In this document: piece by piece, positions 1 through 10,688 of the stretch
Position numbering within the stretch: the first letter of the stretch is position 1
Layout of the letters: every line of letters starts with the position of its first letter
From: a virus
Lineage: Duplodnaviria; Caudoviricetes
IMG/VR virus record: IMGVR_UViG_3300025808_000004
Span: 1 to 60,558 of that record
Reading direction: 5' to 3' (one strand)
Length of the DNA: 60,558 nt
Position numbers and translations under genes: made by a program
The notes under the pieces: model-generated
What the model saw: the letters and a program-made list of their open reading frames with translations, nothing else
Database searches by the model: none
Told to the model about the DNA's origin: nothing

Positions 1-613
1 TCGCAGCTACCGTCAAGCCGGTGTTCCACACTGAACCGTCGGCGCTGACCTTGACGCTGAAATCATCGTTCCCCGCCAACCCCATCTCGGCCCGCCCCGA
101 CCAGCCCGACTGGAACAGCAGGCTGGCAGTATCGCCAGGGGTTGCCTTGTTCAACTTCAGCTGGACGTTGTTGCCAGTATTGGTGAATAGCACTGCCTCA
201 GAGGCCACCGCTAATTTATTAGTAATGTCCGCAGTGGTATTTACCCCAAGTAAAGAAAGATTTTGTATGGCTACAAGGGAACTACCAAAAGTGCCCCAGG
301 TTGTGTCATAGACATAAATGTCCTTTTCGTCCTCAACCCAACAGAACCAGCCGTTGATTGGGGTCATAAAAATCCAACCACTGCCATCATAAGCTGTGAC
401 TTGACTGGATTTCCCGGTCCAGGAGCCTGTGGCCGCAGGACCAACAATATACCGATCACCTAGCACTGGACTTACAGGCGGGGAAGTGAGGTCTTTGTCA
501 ATTACTGATAGTTGGACAACGATGTCCAAGCTAAAAAGAGCCTCGTTCACTGTAACATGCTTCTGAGACTGGCTAGCGGTAAGTTCGGGCAGTTTCAAGT
601 GAGTCGTGGTCAT
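1..613 (-). CDS. DUF2793-domain tail fibre / receptor-binding protein, N-terminal part (runs off the left edge)
   Basis: Not in the ORF track because there is no stop inside the window. Its ATG (613-611) overlaps the megatron TGA. Manual translation gives MTTTHLKLPELTASQSQKHVTVNEALFSLD...GDRYIVGPAATGSWTG...GWSGRAEMGLAGNDDFSVKVSADG, the DUF2793 pattern seen next to GTA-like tail genes. Confidence 0.85.
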   Translation of the reverse strand, partial: MTTTHLKLPELTASQSQKHVTVNEALFSLDIVVQLSVIDKDLTSPPVSPVLGDRYIVGPAATGSWTGKSSQVTAYDGSGWIFMTPINGWFCWVEDEKDIYVYDTTWGTFGSSLVAIQNLSLLGVNTTADITNKLAVASEAVLFTNTGNNVQLKLNKATPGDTASLLFQSGWSGRAEMGLAGNDDFSVKVSADGSVWNTGLTVAA

Positions 614-3600
614 CTTGTTATGGTCTCCTCAGCAGCAATACCGCGCCCTACAGAAGTGCTCATTTGATAAACCCTAAATTTGAGGGCCGTTGTCTGGGCG
701 CTCCCAAAGTCAGTGACTTGCATGGCGTTGGTGTAAGTATACACCGGCACCGACAAACCTGTAACCTCGCGAACGACTGTTAAGCCGTTCAAAATTTCCA
801 ACTCGTATTCTTCGACTTCTTCATTGAGGGGCACGTTTGCTATTTCCCACGGATCGCCCTCAAATCGGGTTCGACGAACCCAATTAAGGGCAATGTCGTT
901 GTTCACGTCCAAGTTCCACTTAGCTTTCAAGTGAACTGGCGCATAGGGCTTTTTGGCCATCGCTTCTGGAGTGAATACAATTTCCAGATAGGCGTTGTCG
1001 TCGTCAATGGACTTGTAAGCACTGCCAAAGCGGGCCTTTTGCTGAATGCCCCGATCGCCCGGGGTAAGCGGAAAATATGGCGCCGAAGACGGGTTGATGG
1101 AAAATTGGTTCTCCAAAAACACGAAGGCGTTCCCGCTTGAAAAGCCATCCTCTTGCATAACCCATTCAGTGCCAAGCTGGCCACGAATAAGCTTTGAAAG
1201 GGTATAAGTACCATCAGGGTTAAGCGTCGCCGTGGCATACTGGAACAGCTCCCAATGCCCAGCGTCGTTCTGCATGGCGCACACATTCGAGCCGCCAAGC
1301 ACTTGAACCTCGGTTGCACTTGGCATAGTGCCTCCGAGCAGACGAACGGTAATAACCGAGCTACGTAGCCAGCACCCGGTTCGGTCCGTACCCACCGGAT
1401 TGACGATGCGCCCGATGGTGTTCTCGAGGTTAAGGCTACGAGCCAGAACCCAGTCTTCCGGTCCACCACCGCCCTGGTCATGAAAAACCGAAACCGTTCC
1501 AGGCCATGGCCGAGAGAAGGCCGCAAGCCTCGGCGACCAGTGAGACGGCTCATTGCCCGAGTAGAGTGGAATATCCAACACAACAAGCTCAGGGAAGCCA
1601 GGCACCCGTGAAATATACCTGCTCTTATTGTTCACAGGATAGACAGGCAGATTGTAGAGGCTGAGGTCAAACGTTTGGAATTGAACCTCACGGAACTCGC
1701 CCGTGTCAATACTTGTGACACGGCCCTGACCAATTCGGGCGCCCACAGGGAAGGTGATGCCGTCGCCCGGGTCGAGCTTGAACAGAGACAAGGGCAGATT
1801 GACTGCCCCGCTTTCACGAGCAACCCAGGCTTGGTGCAGGATACTATCAGCCAGTCCGCGCACATAGTCAGGAGCCAGCGAGACCGGAAGTCGAATACTG
1901 GAGACTTCCATGTTTGTGGTTTGATGACGCTTTGCATCAAGCGAGGAGACGGAATAGTCGTTCTCTGCGTCCATGAAGTCCACAGTCACAGACTTGGGCA
2001 GTTCACTATTCTGCATGCGGGTGATGGAAAAGCCCACTAGGTCTTTCTCAGAGGACACAAAGCTGTCTCTGCTAAGGGGCACAAGCACCGTAGTCGATTT
2101 TAAGGCAAACTTGATCTTCCCTTCGCTCTCGAAGGCATCGAACTGGAACGCTGTCATAAGCGATCCAATTATGTCCCTAATGGCTGTGATATTGTCCACA
2201 AAGTAGCCCTTGACAAGGCCTTGCGTTCCGTTCAAGCGCGTTGTATCGTAGTCAGTTACACCAACCTCTTTGCACAGGTTCTCGATCAACCGGGGCAAGG
2301 CCGGATAGGCAATGCGACCTGTCATCCAATGACCATATCGCCACAGATCGCCATCAGACCAGACATCAGACCGCGAGGGATAATCAGGGAAAGGACGGGA
2401 GTCCCAGCACCAGATGAACATATCTGCAATATTGATCATGCCCACTGGGGAGTTGTCCCGCCAGTATTGCAGCATCGCCTCAGCATAGACGCGAGAGATG
2501 TATTCGTCTTGCTGGCCTGTAGAATAATATGGAAAGAGGCTCTCAGATGACTTGGGGTCATAGAAGACGTTGGGTTGGTTTGTGCCTTTGTCGACGCAGG
2601 GGCACCCAAATTCAGTAAACCAGATGGGCTTGCTCCCAGGAACCCAAGAAGTTGGGCCACCGCTCTCTGTTCCGCCGGGGCGGTTGATATGCTGATTTTG
2701 CCACCAACTACGGAAGTCCTTCGGCCTGAAAACCCAAGGCTTCGCGTGCATGCCATCTGTGATTGGGGTGCGGATTTGACTGTCACGATCGTTTGAACTG
2801 GCATAAAACCAGTCAAAGCCTTCACCACCTTCGATATTGGACTTGAGGTAGTCGATATTGTGCGGGCTGACAATCCCGTTGTCCGCGTCATAGTCAAGGT
2901 GCATGGAGCCATCGCGCCAGTCAGAGAGCGGCAGGTAGTTGTCCACACCAATGAAGTCGATGTTGACATCACTCCACAGAGGGTCAAGATGGAAATAAAC
3001 GTCACTAGATCCGTCTGTTGGTCGATGTGAGTTGTACTCGGACCAGTCTGCGGCATAAGATACAAGAGTGCTGCCACCCAGGATTGTGCTCACAGAGGCC
3101 GCAAGGGTCTTCAAGTGCGCCACAGCTGGATAGGTATTGGCATTAGACCTGATGGTGGTCATATTCACCATCTCGGAGCCAATCAGGAAAGCGTCAACCC
3201 CGCCCGCATCAGCACAGAGCTGGGCATAGTGCTCAATATACCGGTTGAACCCCCAAGTCCTCGTGAAGAAGGTATTGACCTGAGTGGCTGCGGTAGCAGT
3301 CTTGTCCGCTGATCCAACATAACCTGCCGCCGGGCTACAGGTGATCCGGCCGCGCCAGGGGAGGATAGGCTGACCGGCCGTGGCGGCGTTGTCGCTATAC
3401 GGGTTCGGGAGCGTGTTGCCCTCTTCAACGTGCATGAAGATGAAGGGGTAAAACAGGACCCGGTAGCCCTGAGCCTTCAGCCAAATAATGGCTTCCACTA
3501 CCACGTCGTCTGACGGAGTGCCGCCGTAGATTGGACCGCCCTGGTTATCGCGGCCCACCTCGGGAATATCAGCGTCGGAGCGGACAAGACCGTTGACATT

Positions 3601-4665
3601 CCACTCACGTGGAGTAACAACACCATCCCGGTCCTTGTATTCAACCATAGGCTTGATCTGGCATTCGCCAATACGGAGGTCATCCCCGAACCAGCCAACG
3701 ACCAGAGCAATTGACCCAAGATAGGGTTGGAGAGCCCCGAGTTGGCGCAAAGACTTGATGAAATCAGGCTCACCACTCTGGTTGTGCATGTTCATGAACT
3801 TGGAGTCAATGCTATTGTCACTCCGCGATGGCAGACTGAGAATATTCCCAAGCTGGTTTGTAAAGTTACTGCCTGGGAAGAAGTTGCCCGACACACTTCC
3901 GGTGGCATTCTGCAAAGTATAAATTTCAGTCCCATATACGAACTCGCCCGAGCCAGGGATAAGGCAGAAAGCACGAGCGATATTGGAGATGTCGTCCGGA
4001 TCGTCCGTCTTGATGGGAGCGATAAGCTCAGCAGTAATTTGTGGAATGCGGTTGCTGAACGAAGACAACTCCATGTTCTCAAAGACCATATAGCAGACGC
4101 CCCGGAAAGCCGGAGTTTTTGCAGGCCCTTCAATTGACTGGATAACAGAGTCGGGAGACTGGGTCTCAGTGCCTTGATAGAATGTGGACAAAAGGGTTGT
4201 AAGGTCAACCTCTTTGCCGTCCATCCAAAGACGACCAAGCTGATGGCGTGAGCCGCCCTCGCCAAAAGCAACAGCAAAAGAGCAGGTGTAGGTATAGGTG
4301 GTGTTTTCGACCTTTTGGCCACCACCACCACCCTTGCCTCCAACTGTTTCGCTTTCTGTCGTCTTGGTCTCTTTGAAACGGGCAGACCAAATGACATTGC
4401 CACCAACGCGCATGATCCCGTAAAGTCGCCCGATATGGGTGCCCTCACTGGATTGCATCACTGTCATTTCTTGAAGCCGCGGGCCCTCGTTTCGGATCGC
4501 CGGGGCAAGTGACGCGATGATAAGGCTGTCAACGTAAGAGCCAAGAACCGTACCAATTGTGCCACCGATTGAGGCAGCAGTAAGCGTGGCACTAAGGAGC
4601 GTAATGCCCCCGCCAATACCTGCACCAATTGCAGAGCCAATAAGCCCAAAGGCAAGAGCAGCCAT
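610..4665 (-). CDS. GTA-like baseplate/central tail-tip protein (megatron, RcGTA g15-like; TIM-barrel and Phage-tail_3 domains)
   Basis: 1351 aa with motifs YGGTPSD, GVDAFLIGSEM, SYAADWSEY, IGVDNYLPLSDWRDG, KPIWFTEFGCP, DKGTNQPNVF; follows DUF2163 and NlpC/P60. Confidence 0.93.
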   Translation of the reverse strand: MAALAFGLIGSAIGAGIGGGITLLSATLTAASIGGTIGTVLGSYVDSLIIASLAPAIRNEGPRLQEMTVMQSSEGTHIGRLYGIMRVGGNVIWSARFKETKTTESETVGGKGGGGGQKVENTTYTYTCSFAVAFGEGGSRHQLGRLWMDGKEVDLTTLLSTFYQGTETQSPDSVIQSIEGPAKTPAFRGVCYMVFENMELSSFSNRIPQITAELIAPIKTDDPDDISNIARAFCLIPGSGEFVYGTEIYTLQNATGSVSGNFFPGSNFTNQLGNILSLPSRSDNSIDSKFMNMHNQSGEPDFIKSLRQLGALQPYLGSIALVVGWFGDDLRIGECQIKPMVEYKDRDGVVTPREWNVNGLVRSDADIPEVGRDNQGGPIYGGTPSDDVVVEAIIWLKAQGYRVLFYPFIFMHVEEGNTLPNPYSDNAATAGQPILPWRGRITCSPAAGYVGSADKTATAATQVNTFFTRTWGFNRYIEHYAQLCADAGGVDAFLIGSEMVNMTTIRSNANTYPAVAHLKTLAASVSTILGGSTLVSYAADWSEYNSHRPTDGSSDVYFHLDPLWSDVNIDFIGVDNYLPLSDWRDGSMHLDYDADNGIVSPHNIDYLKSNIEGGEGFDWFYASSNDRDSQIRTPITDGMHAKPWVFRPKDFRSWWQNQHINRPGGTESGGPTSWVPGSKPIWFTEFGCPCVDKGTNQPNVFYDPKSSESLFPYYSTGQQDEYISRVYAEAMLQYWRDNSPVGMINIADMFIWCWDSRPFPDYPSRSDVWSDGDLWRYGHWMTGRIAYPALPRLIENLCKEVGVTDYDTTRLNGTQGLVKGYFVDNITAIRDIIGSLMTAFQFDAFESEGKIKFALKSTTVLVPLSRDSFVSSEKDLVGFSITRMQNSELPKSVTVDFMDAENDYSVSSLDAKRHQTTNMEVSSIRLPVSLAPDYVRGLADSILHQAWVARESGAVNLPLSLFKLDPGDGITFPVGARIGQGRVTSIDTGEFREVQFQTFDLSLYNLPVYPVNNKSRYISRVPGFPELVVLDIPLYSGNEPSHWSPRLAAFSRPWPGTVSVFHDQGGGGPEDWVLARSLNLENTIGRIVNPVGTDRTGCWLRSSVITVRLLGGTMPSATEVQVLGGSNVCAMQNDAGHWELFQYATATLNPDGTYTLSKLIRGQLGTEWVMQEDGFSSGNAFVFLENQFSINPSSAPYFPLTPGDRGIQQKARFGSAYKSIDDDNAYLEIVFTPEAMAKKPYAPVHLKAKWNLDVNNDIALNWVRRTRFEGDPWEIANVPLNEEVEEYELEILNGLTVVREVTGLSVPVYTYTNAMQVTDFGSAQTTALKFRVYQMSTSVGRGIAAEETITR

Positions 4666-4667
4666 TC

Positions 4668-5099
4668 TTAGTCCTCAACCCCTGGGAACCGGAAGGCTGC
4701 AACAACCTTGCTTTCCCATCTTTCGCCCAGCGCCACTTCGTATACCTCACGACCACTGTGCGAGTGCACCATTTCCGTCATAGTGGTCATAATCCCGCAA
4801 TGCTGAGCAATACCTTTGGGATGGATCCTGAAACCCAGGACAATACCTGGACCTCTGGTATTAGCCGGCACTTCAGTCAGATATTGGCGGGCTGCATTAA
4901 GCAGCGTTTCTTCGCCTTTATTCCGAGCGGACCAGCGTGGGGTATAGTGCGGAACTTCAGGCACGGTCCCATGGATTTCGATCCAGAGGCCACGAATGAG
5001 TCCAATGCAATCCACACCTCTACCTTTGACCGCCGCCATGTTATGATACGGCGTTCCGATCCAAGAGCGAGCCAGTGTTACGAGTTCCGAGCTGTGCAT
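4668..5099 (-). CDS. NlpC/P60 cell-wall peptidase (RcGTA g14-like)
   Basis: ARSWIGTPYH...GVDCIGLIRG (catalytic Cys), HCGI, HSHS. Confidence 0.92.
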   Translation of the reverse strand: MHSSELVTLARSWIGTPYHNMAAVKGRGVDCIGLIRGLWIEIHGTVPEVPHYTPRWSARNKGEETLLNAARQYLTEVPANTRGPGIVLGFRIHPKGIAQHCGIMTTMTEMVHSHSGREVYEVALGERWESKVVAAFRFPGVED

Positions 5100-5108
5100 T
5101 GGGTATCC

Positions 5109-6005
5109 TTAGCTGAATAACGAGCCCCCGTCGAGATTGTCGTCGCCTTGTTTGGGGTAGAACAGCAGCATGTCAGGGCCGGGAATAAGGTTGAAACCAC
5201 GGAAATTGGCGATATTGCTAAACTTGGCGTCACAGGTAGTAGCATCCTGTTTGCAACCGGCAGTGATGGTAAAGGTGTCACCCGTTTCCACTCCAAAGGG
5301 CATTGCTTGCCAAAGCTCGATGGACACCGTTCCATTGGTAATGTTATGGAGTTTAACCTCCATGGACTGCCCAGCATTGGCCCCGGTCAGCCAATTCAAT
5401 GCTCCGGCAGTAAACCAGTCGTCCGAAAAGCCCGCCAGGCCTGTTGCGGTGAACGTTCGGCTGCTAGACGCAAGGTCAACGGTGCCCGAACCGGTGTAGG
5501 CAATGTCAGAAAGGTTAATGCCACAGCGAGCATCGCCCACCACGGCGTTACAGTAGCGCTGATACTTGCGTCCAGTCTTTTGCTGAAGGGCATTTGACAG
5601 CCCGCGAAGCTCTGCTTGGAACATAATACCTGAACGCTTTACCTCGCCAAGGAAGCCCCGGCTGACGATATGACGCTGAGAGACATCAGACCAGTTTACC
5701 CAGTACACTTCGATCTTAGCATTGTCGTAGTGGCCCGCTGCCAGATCATCCTCGTTGATGGTATCAGAGCTTAGAGCCCCTTCCACCTCTAGGTTGTCAA
5801 CGGCAAGACCCGTGCTGGACGCGAATTGTGTAGCTGTAAAGCCCGAAGAGGCTTCATAGGTCACGGTGTCAAAGGTCAGCGGGTTGTCATGATCGGTGAA
5901 GCCCTGCACCAGGCCGTCATTCCGAGTGACTTTCCAGCAATAGCACATTTTGGTGGCGCGACCGTCAAGGTGCGTCTGCAAACCAACAGAAAGACTCTTA
6001 ACCAT
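5109..6005 (-). CDS. DUF2163 baseplate hub protein (RcGTA g13-like)
   Basis: CWKVTRNDG..GFTDHD; C-terminal GCKQDATTCDAKFSNIANFRGF (BR0599-type). Confidence 0.92.
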   Translation of the reverse strand: MVKSLSVGLQTHLDGRATKMCYCWKVTRNDGLVQGFTDHDNPLTFDTVTYEASSGFTATQFASSTGLAVDNLEVEGALSSDTINEDDLAAGHYDNAKIEVYWVNWSDVSQRHIVSRGFLGEVKRSGIMFQAELRGLSNALQQKTGRKYQRYCNAVVGDARCGINLSDIAYTGSGTVDLASSSRTFTATGLAGFSDDWFTAGALNWLTGANAGQSMEVKLHNITNGTVSIELWQAMPFGVETGDTFTITAGCKQDATTCDAKFSNIANFRGFNLIPGPDMLLFYPKQGDDNLDGGSLFS

Positions 6006-6658
6006 CAGTCTAGCACTCCCAGTGTGGTTTTCACCTCAATTACGTTCACTTGCGGAGCAGAACCAGCGTTGAACTGTTCCACTGAAATGTCCATGACGTC
6101 ATTGGCAAAGCGGACTGGAACGTCAAACTCAAACCCTGCTTTGACGACATGGCCGTTTAACGGAGCGGTGACAAGGGTGATGATCCCGGTAATCAGATCC
6201 AACGAATAGTTTGCTCCAGAGATGAGGACTCCGTTCACTTCGACCAAGACAGTCCCACTGACCGGCTTCGTAATGACACGGGTGTAGGTTGCCGGGCCTG
6301 AAGTGTAGGCCTTCTTCAGTTGAAACTTCTTGCTGGTGCCATTACCAGTCCCGATAGTTTGGTCGTTGCTGGCCACGACTTGCATCGGAGGGCAGGACTT
6401 GTAGTCGGTCCAGTCTTTCCACCGAAAGCCATAAAGACGTCCAAGCCGCGCTTCAAAGAAGGCGAGGACATCATGCATGTCGTTGATATTGCGGATACCT
6501 AAGCCAGCGTCGTACTCTCGACGGCTGTCTGCCCACACAGAGTTCCGCTCTTCGTAGCCCGAGCGGAGTGTGACAATATCAGTGCGACGACGAGGACCCC
6601 CGGAGGAGCCCTTGCTGATCGACGTTGGAAACCTTACCTCATGAAAGTCCACCATCAA
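6005..6658 (-). CDS. DUF2460 distal tail protein (RcGTA g12-like, TIGR02217)
   Basis: FHEVRFP..IS.GSSGGP.RRTDIVTL.SGYEERN..W; AGFEFDVPVRF. Confidence 0.93.
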   Translation of the reverse strand: MMVDFHEVRFPTSISKGSSGGPRRRTDIVTLRSGYEERNSVWADSRREYDAGLGIRNINDMHDVLAFFEARLGRLYGFRWKDWTDYKSCPPMQVVASNDQTIGTGNGTSKKFQLKKAYTSGPATYTRVITKPVSGTVLVEVNGVLISGANYSLDLITGIITLVTAPLNGHVVKAGFEFDVPVRFANDVMDISVEQFNAGSAPQVNVIEVKTTLGVLD

Positions 6659-9600
6659 CTGTTCCTTTGACCACGGCCCAGCATGCGCTGTGCACGAGCG
6701 GCGATTTGGGCCTCAGACCGACGGAACCCGTCAACATCAGGAGTGCTGATGTAGAAGTTGATATTGGGTGGCACTCTGTCCGCTGACTGGCCAGCCGGAG
6801 TGACTTGAACTCGTTCCCCACGGGAAGCCCTGAAAGCTACTACGTTCTTGTCCACGCCACCGGCGCCACCAACCATAAAGTCAGTACCTTCATTATGACC
6901 TGGCAAAGCTGCGGTGGGAACCCCTGTTAGACTCCCAAGGATACCTCCAAAGAAGTTTTTCAGCGGAGTAATAACCATCATCTGAATGGCAATCTGAGCC
7001 AAGTCAGCAATGACAGATTTGGCAAACTCACTGAAGTTGAAGGTCCCGGTCTGCACGAAGTTGTTGAGGGCAGTCTCCAGGTTGTCAAAGACTGCATCGC
7101 CAACGTCGCTAATGAGCTGGACTTTCTTCTCAAGCTCCGTCAGAGCTGCAACGCGTTCGCGGATAAGGGCAATATCTTGCTGTGCCAGAACCGCACCTTC
7201 TTGGCGTGCCCGTTGGAGCACATCATAGAGGACACGTTCTTGGTCCAGCGCCCCGTTGTTGAGCACCAGGTTGTTATAGCGGGCATCCAGTTCTTGGTTG
7301 ATGGTCTCCAAGACACTAAGGTATTCCTTGGATTGGCCAGTGCGATCGGTCGCGTTTATGATGCTAGTATCTGCGCCCATGCCTGGCCGGAAGTTCGAGT
7401 TTGCAGTAGTAGCAGCACCACCCATAGTCGAAATGGTTGTATTCAGCGTCGGCACACCATACTCGGCGAGTGCGGCAAGCATAGCACTATAAGTAGCATC
7501 GTCAAGGCCACCGGCCGAACCAGACGTTGACATGAAGGCTGTAGACCCACCTTCATTCGGATTGTAGACTGCGTTGACAAGCTGGGGCTGGCCACTGTTG
7601 CCCTTAGGCAAAGTAACAGAATTGGAACGCCCACGAATAAGCTCAATGGCCATGGCCCCACGGACCAGTTCGTCCGCAAACCCTCGTGCCCCAGTTTCTA
7701 GGGGTGTAAAATTGATCTTTTCAAGTGTAGCCCCAGTATCCCCTGCAGCGTCTGCACTGCCCTCCATCGGAGTGCGGAACCGTTCGGCCTCAGTGGTAAG
7801 TTCCTGCAAGCGCTTAGCATTTGCGCCGAGAGCCTCAAGTATAAGAGCTTCCTCCCCCTGGGCCCTATCAAGGGCGCGCAAGAGGTCTGCAGTTTCAGAG
7901 ACCCAGCTAGTCCCGGAGAGGAATGCACCTGCTTCGCGAGCCCTTTCAAGGGCGTCAGCCAAGGCAATTACGTCCGCGGTGCTAGTAAAATTGCTTGGGT
8001 CATAATTTGCCAAAGGCTCCAAAAGGTTTTCAAACCCACCGATACCCTCTGCGACGCTCTTAAGCTGATCTACTGCTTGGGTCATCCACAAATAGGCTTG
8101 CTCAGTTGCTTGTTTAGACCCATCGGCATTTTCAAGGCTATCCATAGCCAAGTTGAGGTCGTCTATAGCTTTGGTGACTTCAGGTCCTGCGCCACGCAAA
8201 CGGTCAAATTCGGACACAAAAGCGGCAATTGTGCCAGTGCCGTCTTCTACACCTTTTAGCAGATTATAGAGGTTTTCCAAATCAGCATTGCCATAGCCAA
8301 TTGTACCAGAATTGAAACCTGGACCGGCAAGTTCGCTAATGGCGGCACGAATATTATTCATATCAAAGGGGTTCCAGCTGTCGCCGGAAAGGTTATCTTC
8401 AATTGTTTTCATTTCGGTTTGCATAGCATGCAGAGCATCCTGCAGTTTAGCACGAGACTGACGAAGCATAGCTCCAGTAGACAGATTAATAGAACCCCCA
8501 AGCTCTTCCTGTTCTTGTATGGAGATCTGAACCCATTCATTGTAGTTTTGGATGGCAGTCACACTATCGTCCATTGCCGTGTTCAGACGCTCAATCTGGT
8601 CGGCGGCACTATCCATGTTCTGGTAGACCCAGAACGCGGCACCAGCCAACAAAGCGAGACCCCCGACAATAGGCCCGCCAAGGAAGCCCATTGCCCCACG
8701 AAGCAGAGCCATGGCTGTGGCAAGAGCGCCTGTGCTGATGGCCATGCGGGCCACAAGTCCAATTTTGCCAACGGTAAAGGCAGTGGCCCAAGCAATGCCA
8801 AGGCTGAACAGAATATCTGCAATAGGTGCGATATTGTCAGCAATAATCAAAAGGGACCCCGAGAATATTTTAGCAATAGCCCGGGCCTCTTCAGACTGGC
8901 TCATATACTCCGTCATTTTGTTGCGGAGGACAGTAAATGCTTGACTGATAGTGGGGGTAGTTTTGCTGAACATGTCTGCGATCTCAGGATACTGAGACAG
9001 GATGGCCTCAAAGAACTCCTTGGATGAAATTTCGCCATTGATAACCATGCGCCGCAGACGAGCAACCGAACCGCCAGTCCTGTCGATACCACGCGCTGCT
9101 GCCAAGGCAATAGGATAGGCGCCTTCAAGAATGGAGTTGAATTCTTCAGCTCGCACAACATCAGTGCCGATGGCTTGTGAGAGCTGGATCAGAGCCCCCC
9201 GAGCGGTATTAACGCTGGAGCCCTGAACTGCTAAGCCCATACCAACAGCTTCTACAAAACGGAAGGCGTCTTGTTGACTGATACCCAGTTCATCAGAAGC
9301 CATCATAGCTTTCTGGTAAAGCTGGGCCATTTCTTCGATGGGCGTCCGTGTCCGACGAGCAATGGCAAACAGTTCCCGAACACCCGCTTCAGCTTCGCCC
9401 ACACTGTCGCTGACAATCATCACCCGGTTAGAAACCACTGTGGCGCTGTCTGCCAAGTGCATAAGTTGCTGGCCGATCATGATGGAACCAAAGGCACCCA
9501 CATACCGGTTGAGGAGCATGAGCGGTGTATGGGCACCTTTGGCCGCATTACCTACTTGGTTGACGCCACGGCCCAACCGTTCGGTGTTGCGTGCTGCTAG

Positions 9601-10113
9601 TTCTGCATCCTGAGCAAGCCTGCTAGTCTCAGGGAGTGTCACGACTTTGGGAATATATGGAGCGACTCCAGCAGTTCCATTGAGAGCTCCAGCAGTGTTA
9701 ACTTGAGCACTCTGCAGGGTACGGATACGCTGGAGCTTACGGATAATGTCCCCAAGGGTCTCTTCAGCCTGCCGGAACTCAGTTATGGCAGCCCAGTCGG
9801 TAGTACCAGCCATGGAGGCTTTAATTGTCCGCAGGTTGCCAGAAAGTATAAGAATAGCGGAGTTGGCATCTTGGATCGAAATCTTCATCCAGTTCTTCAG
9901 CGTACGTGAACCAGCAAGGGAGTCCCGAACACCATTGATCTGCTGAAGCAGAGTGTTTAGTTGCTGGGTGGGTGTGATCCGAGAAATGGCTGCCTTAAGG
10001 GCATTAAACCTACCGTCTGCCGTTTCGGCTGCCGTGGCCAAGCTCTCAATGTTTCGCTTTACAGTGCGAGTGCCTCGCTCAGTAATGACAATATCAATCC
10101 GTTCGGTAGCCAT
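6655..10113 (-). CDS. tail tape measure protein
   Basis: 1152 aa, helical and Ala-rich; tape-measure motif ALIQLSQAIG..VVRAEEFNSILE; lies upstream of Dit. Confidence 0.92.
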   Translation of the reverse strand: MATERIDIVITERGTRTVKRNIESLATAAETADGRFNALKAAISRITPTQQLNTLLQQINGVRDSLAGSRTLKNWMKISIQDANSAILILSGNLRTIKASMAGTTDWAAITEFRQAEETLGDIIRKLQRIRTLQSAQVNTAGALNGTAGVAPYIPKVVTLPETSRLAQDAELAARNTERLGRGVNQVGNAAKGAHTPLMLLNRYVGAFGSIMIGQQLMHLADSATVVSNRVMIVSDSVGEAEAGVRELFAIARRTRTPIEEMAQLYQKAMMASDELGISQQDAFRFVEAVGMGLAVQGSSVNTARGALIQLSQAIGTDVVRAEEFNSILEGAYPIALAAARGIDRTGGSVARLRRMVINGEISSKEFFEAILSQYPEIADMFSKTTPTISQAFTVLRNKMTEYMSQSEEARAIAKIFSGSLLIIADNIAPIADILFSLGIAWATAFTVGKIGLVARMAISTGALATAMALLRGAMGFLGGPIVGGLALLAGAAFWVYQNMDSAADQIERLNTAMDDSVTAIQNYNEWVQISIQEQEELGGSINLSTGAMLRQSRAKLQDALHAMQTEMKTIEDNLSGDSWNPFDMNNIRAAISELAGPGFNSGTIGYGNADLENLYNLLKGVEDGTGTIAAFVSEFDRLRGAGPEVTKAIDDLNLAMDSLENADGSKQATEQAYLWMTQAVDQLKSVAEGIGGFENLLEPLANYDPSNFTSTADVIALADALERAREAGAFLSGTSWVSETADLLRALDRAQGEEALILEALGANAKRLQELTTEAERFRTPMEGSADAAGDTGATLEKINFTPLETGARGFADELVRGAMAIELIRGRSNSVTLPKGNSGQPQLVNAVYNPNEGGSTAFMSTSGSAGGLDDATYSAMLAALAEYGVPTLNTTISTMGGAATTANSNFRPGMGADTSIINATDRTGQSKEYLSVLETINQELDARYNNLVLNNGALDQERVLYDVLQRARQEGAVLAQQDIALIRERVAALTELEKKVQLISDVGDAVFDNLETALNNFVQTGTFNFSEFAKSVIADLAQIAIQMMVITPLKNFFGGILGSLTGVPTAALPGHNEGTDFMVGGAGGVDKNVVAFRASRGERVQVTPAGQSADRVPPNINFYISTPDVDGFRRSEAQIAARAQRMLGRGQRNS

Positions 10114-10688
10114 CAGTTATGACCTCCGTATCGAATGTCTTGGTTGAAGCCGTATTTGAATGGTGTCACAGCAGGACGTCCATGAGGGGTTGTCCCGACG
10201 TCTGTGAAAATCTTGTTCTGGTGAGCAGCAAAGCGGGCTACTTCTATAGCCCGCTTCACAAACCCAGCGCGTTGTTGCCGAGAATGGCCACGATCGAGGG
10301 GATCAATCCAGGCAACAGGGTTGAAGACATGAAACGTCACCCCACCAGCCGCTTCCATAAGGCCTGCTTCAAAAAAGTTATCAAGTTGAAAGATCGTAGG
10401 TGCCCGATTGATTTTTGCAAAGGCCACGGCCATAGCAGCCGCAGCATTGCGGGTCTCAGAAATACCAAGATGGTGCCCAGGTGCATAGGCTGGGCGTTGG
10501 GATACTCTGGCTGGCTGAGCACTTTCAACTTGCCAGTTAGAACGTGCCACCCCTTCGTCAACGGGAGTGGCACGGATCAACTCACTGACAAGCACTTTGG
10601 TCGCTTTGCGAGGAGTGGCATCGCCCCATTGGCCCACCTGGTAGGCGCGAACATAAAGCAGCCTCCCCAGATCGCCAAGATCAGCCAT
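10113..10688 (-). CDS. neck/tail-completion protein (HK97 gp10-like)
   Basis: TPVDEGVARSNWQV and LDRGHSRQQRAGFV motifs. Confidence 0.65.
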   Translation of the reverse strand: MADLGDLGRLLYVRAYQVGQWGDATPRKATKVLVSELIRATPVDEGVARSNWQVESAQPARVSQRPAYAPGHHLGISETRNAAAAMAVAFAKINRAPTIFQLDNFFEAGLMEAAGGVTFHVFNPVAWIDPLDRGHSRQQRAGFVKRAIEVARFAAHQNKIFTDVGTTPHGRPAVTPFKYGFNQDIRYGGHN

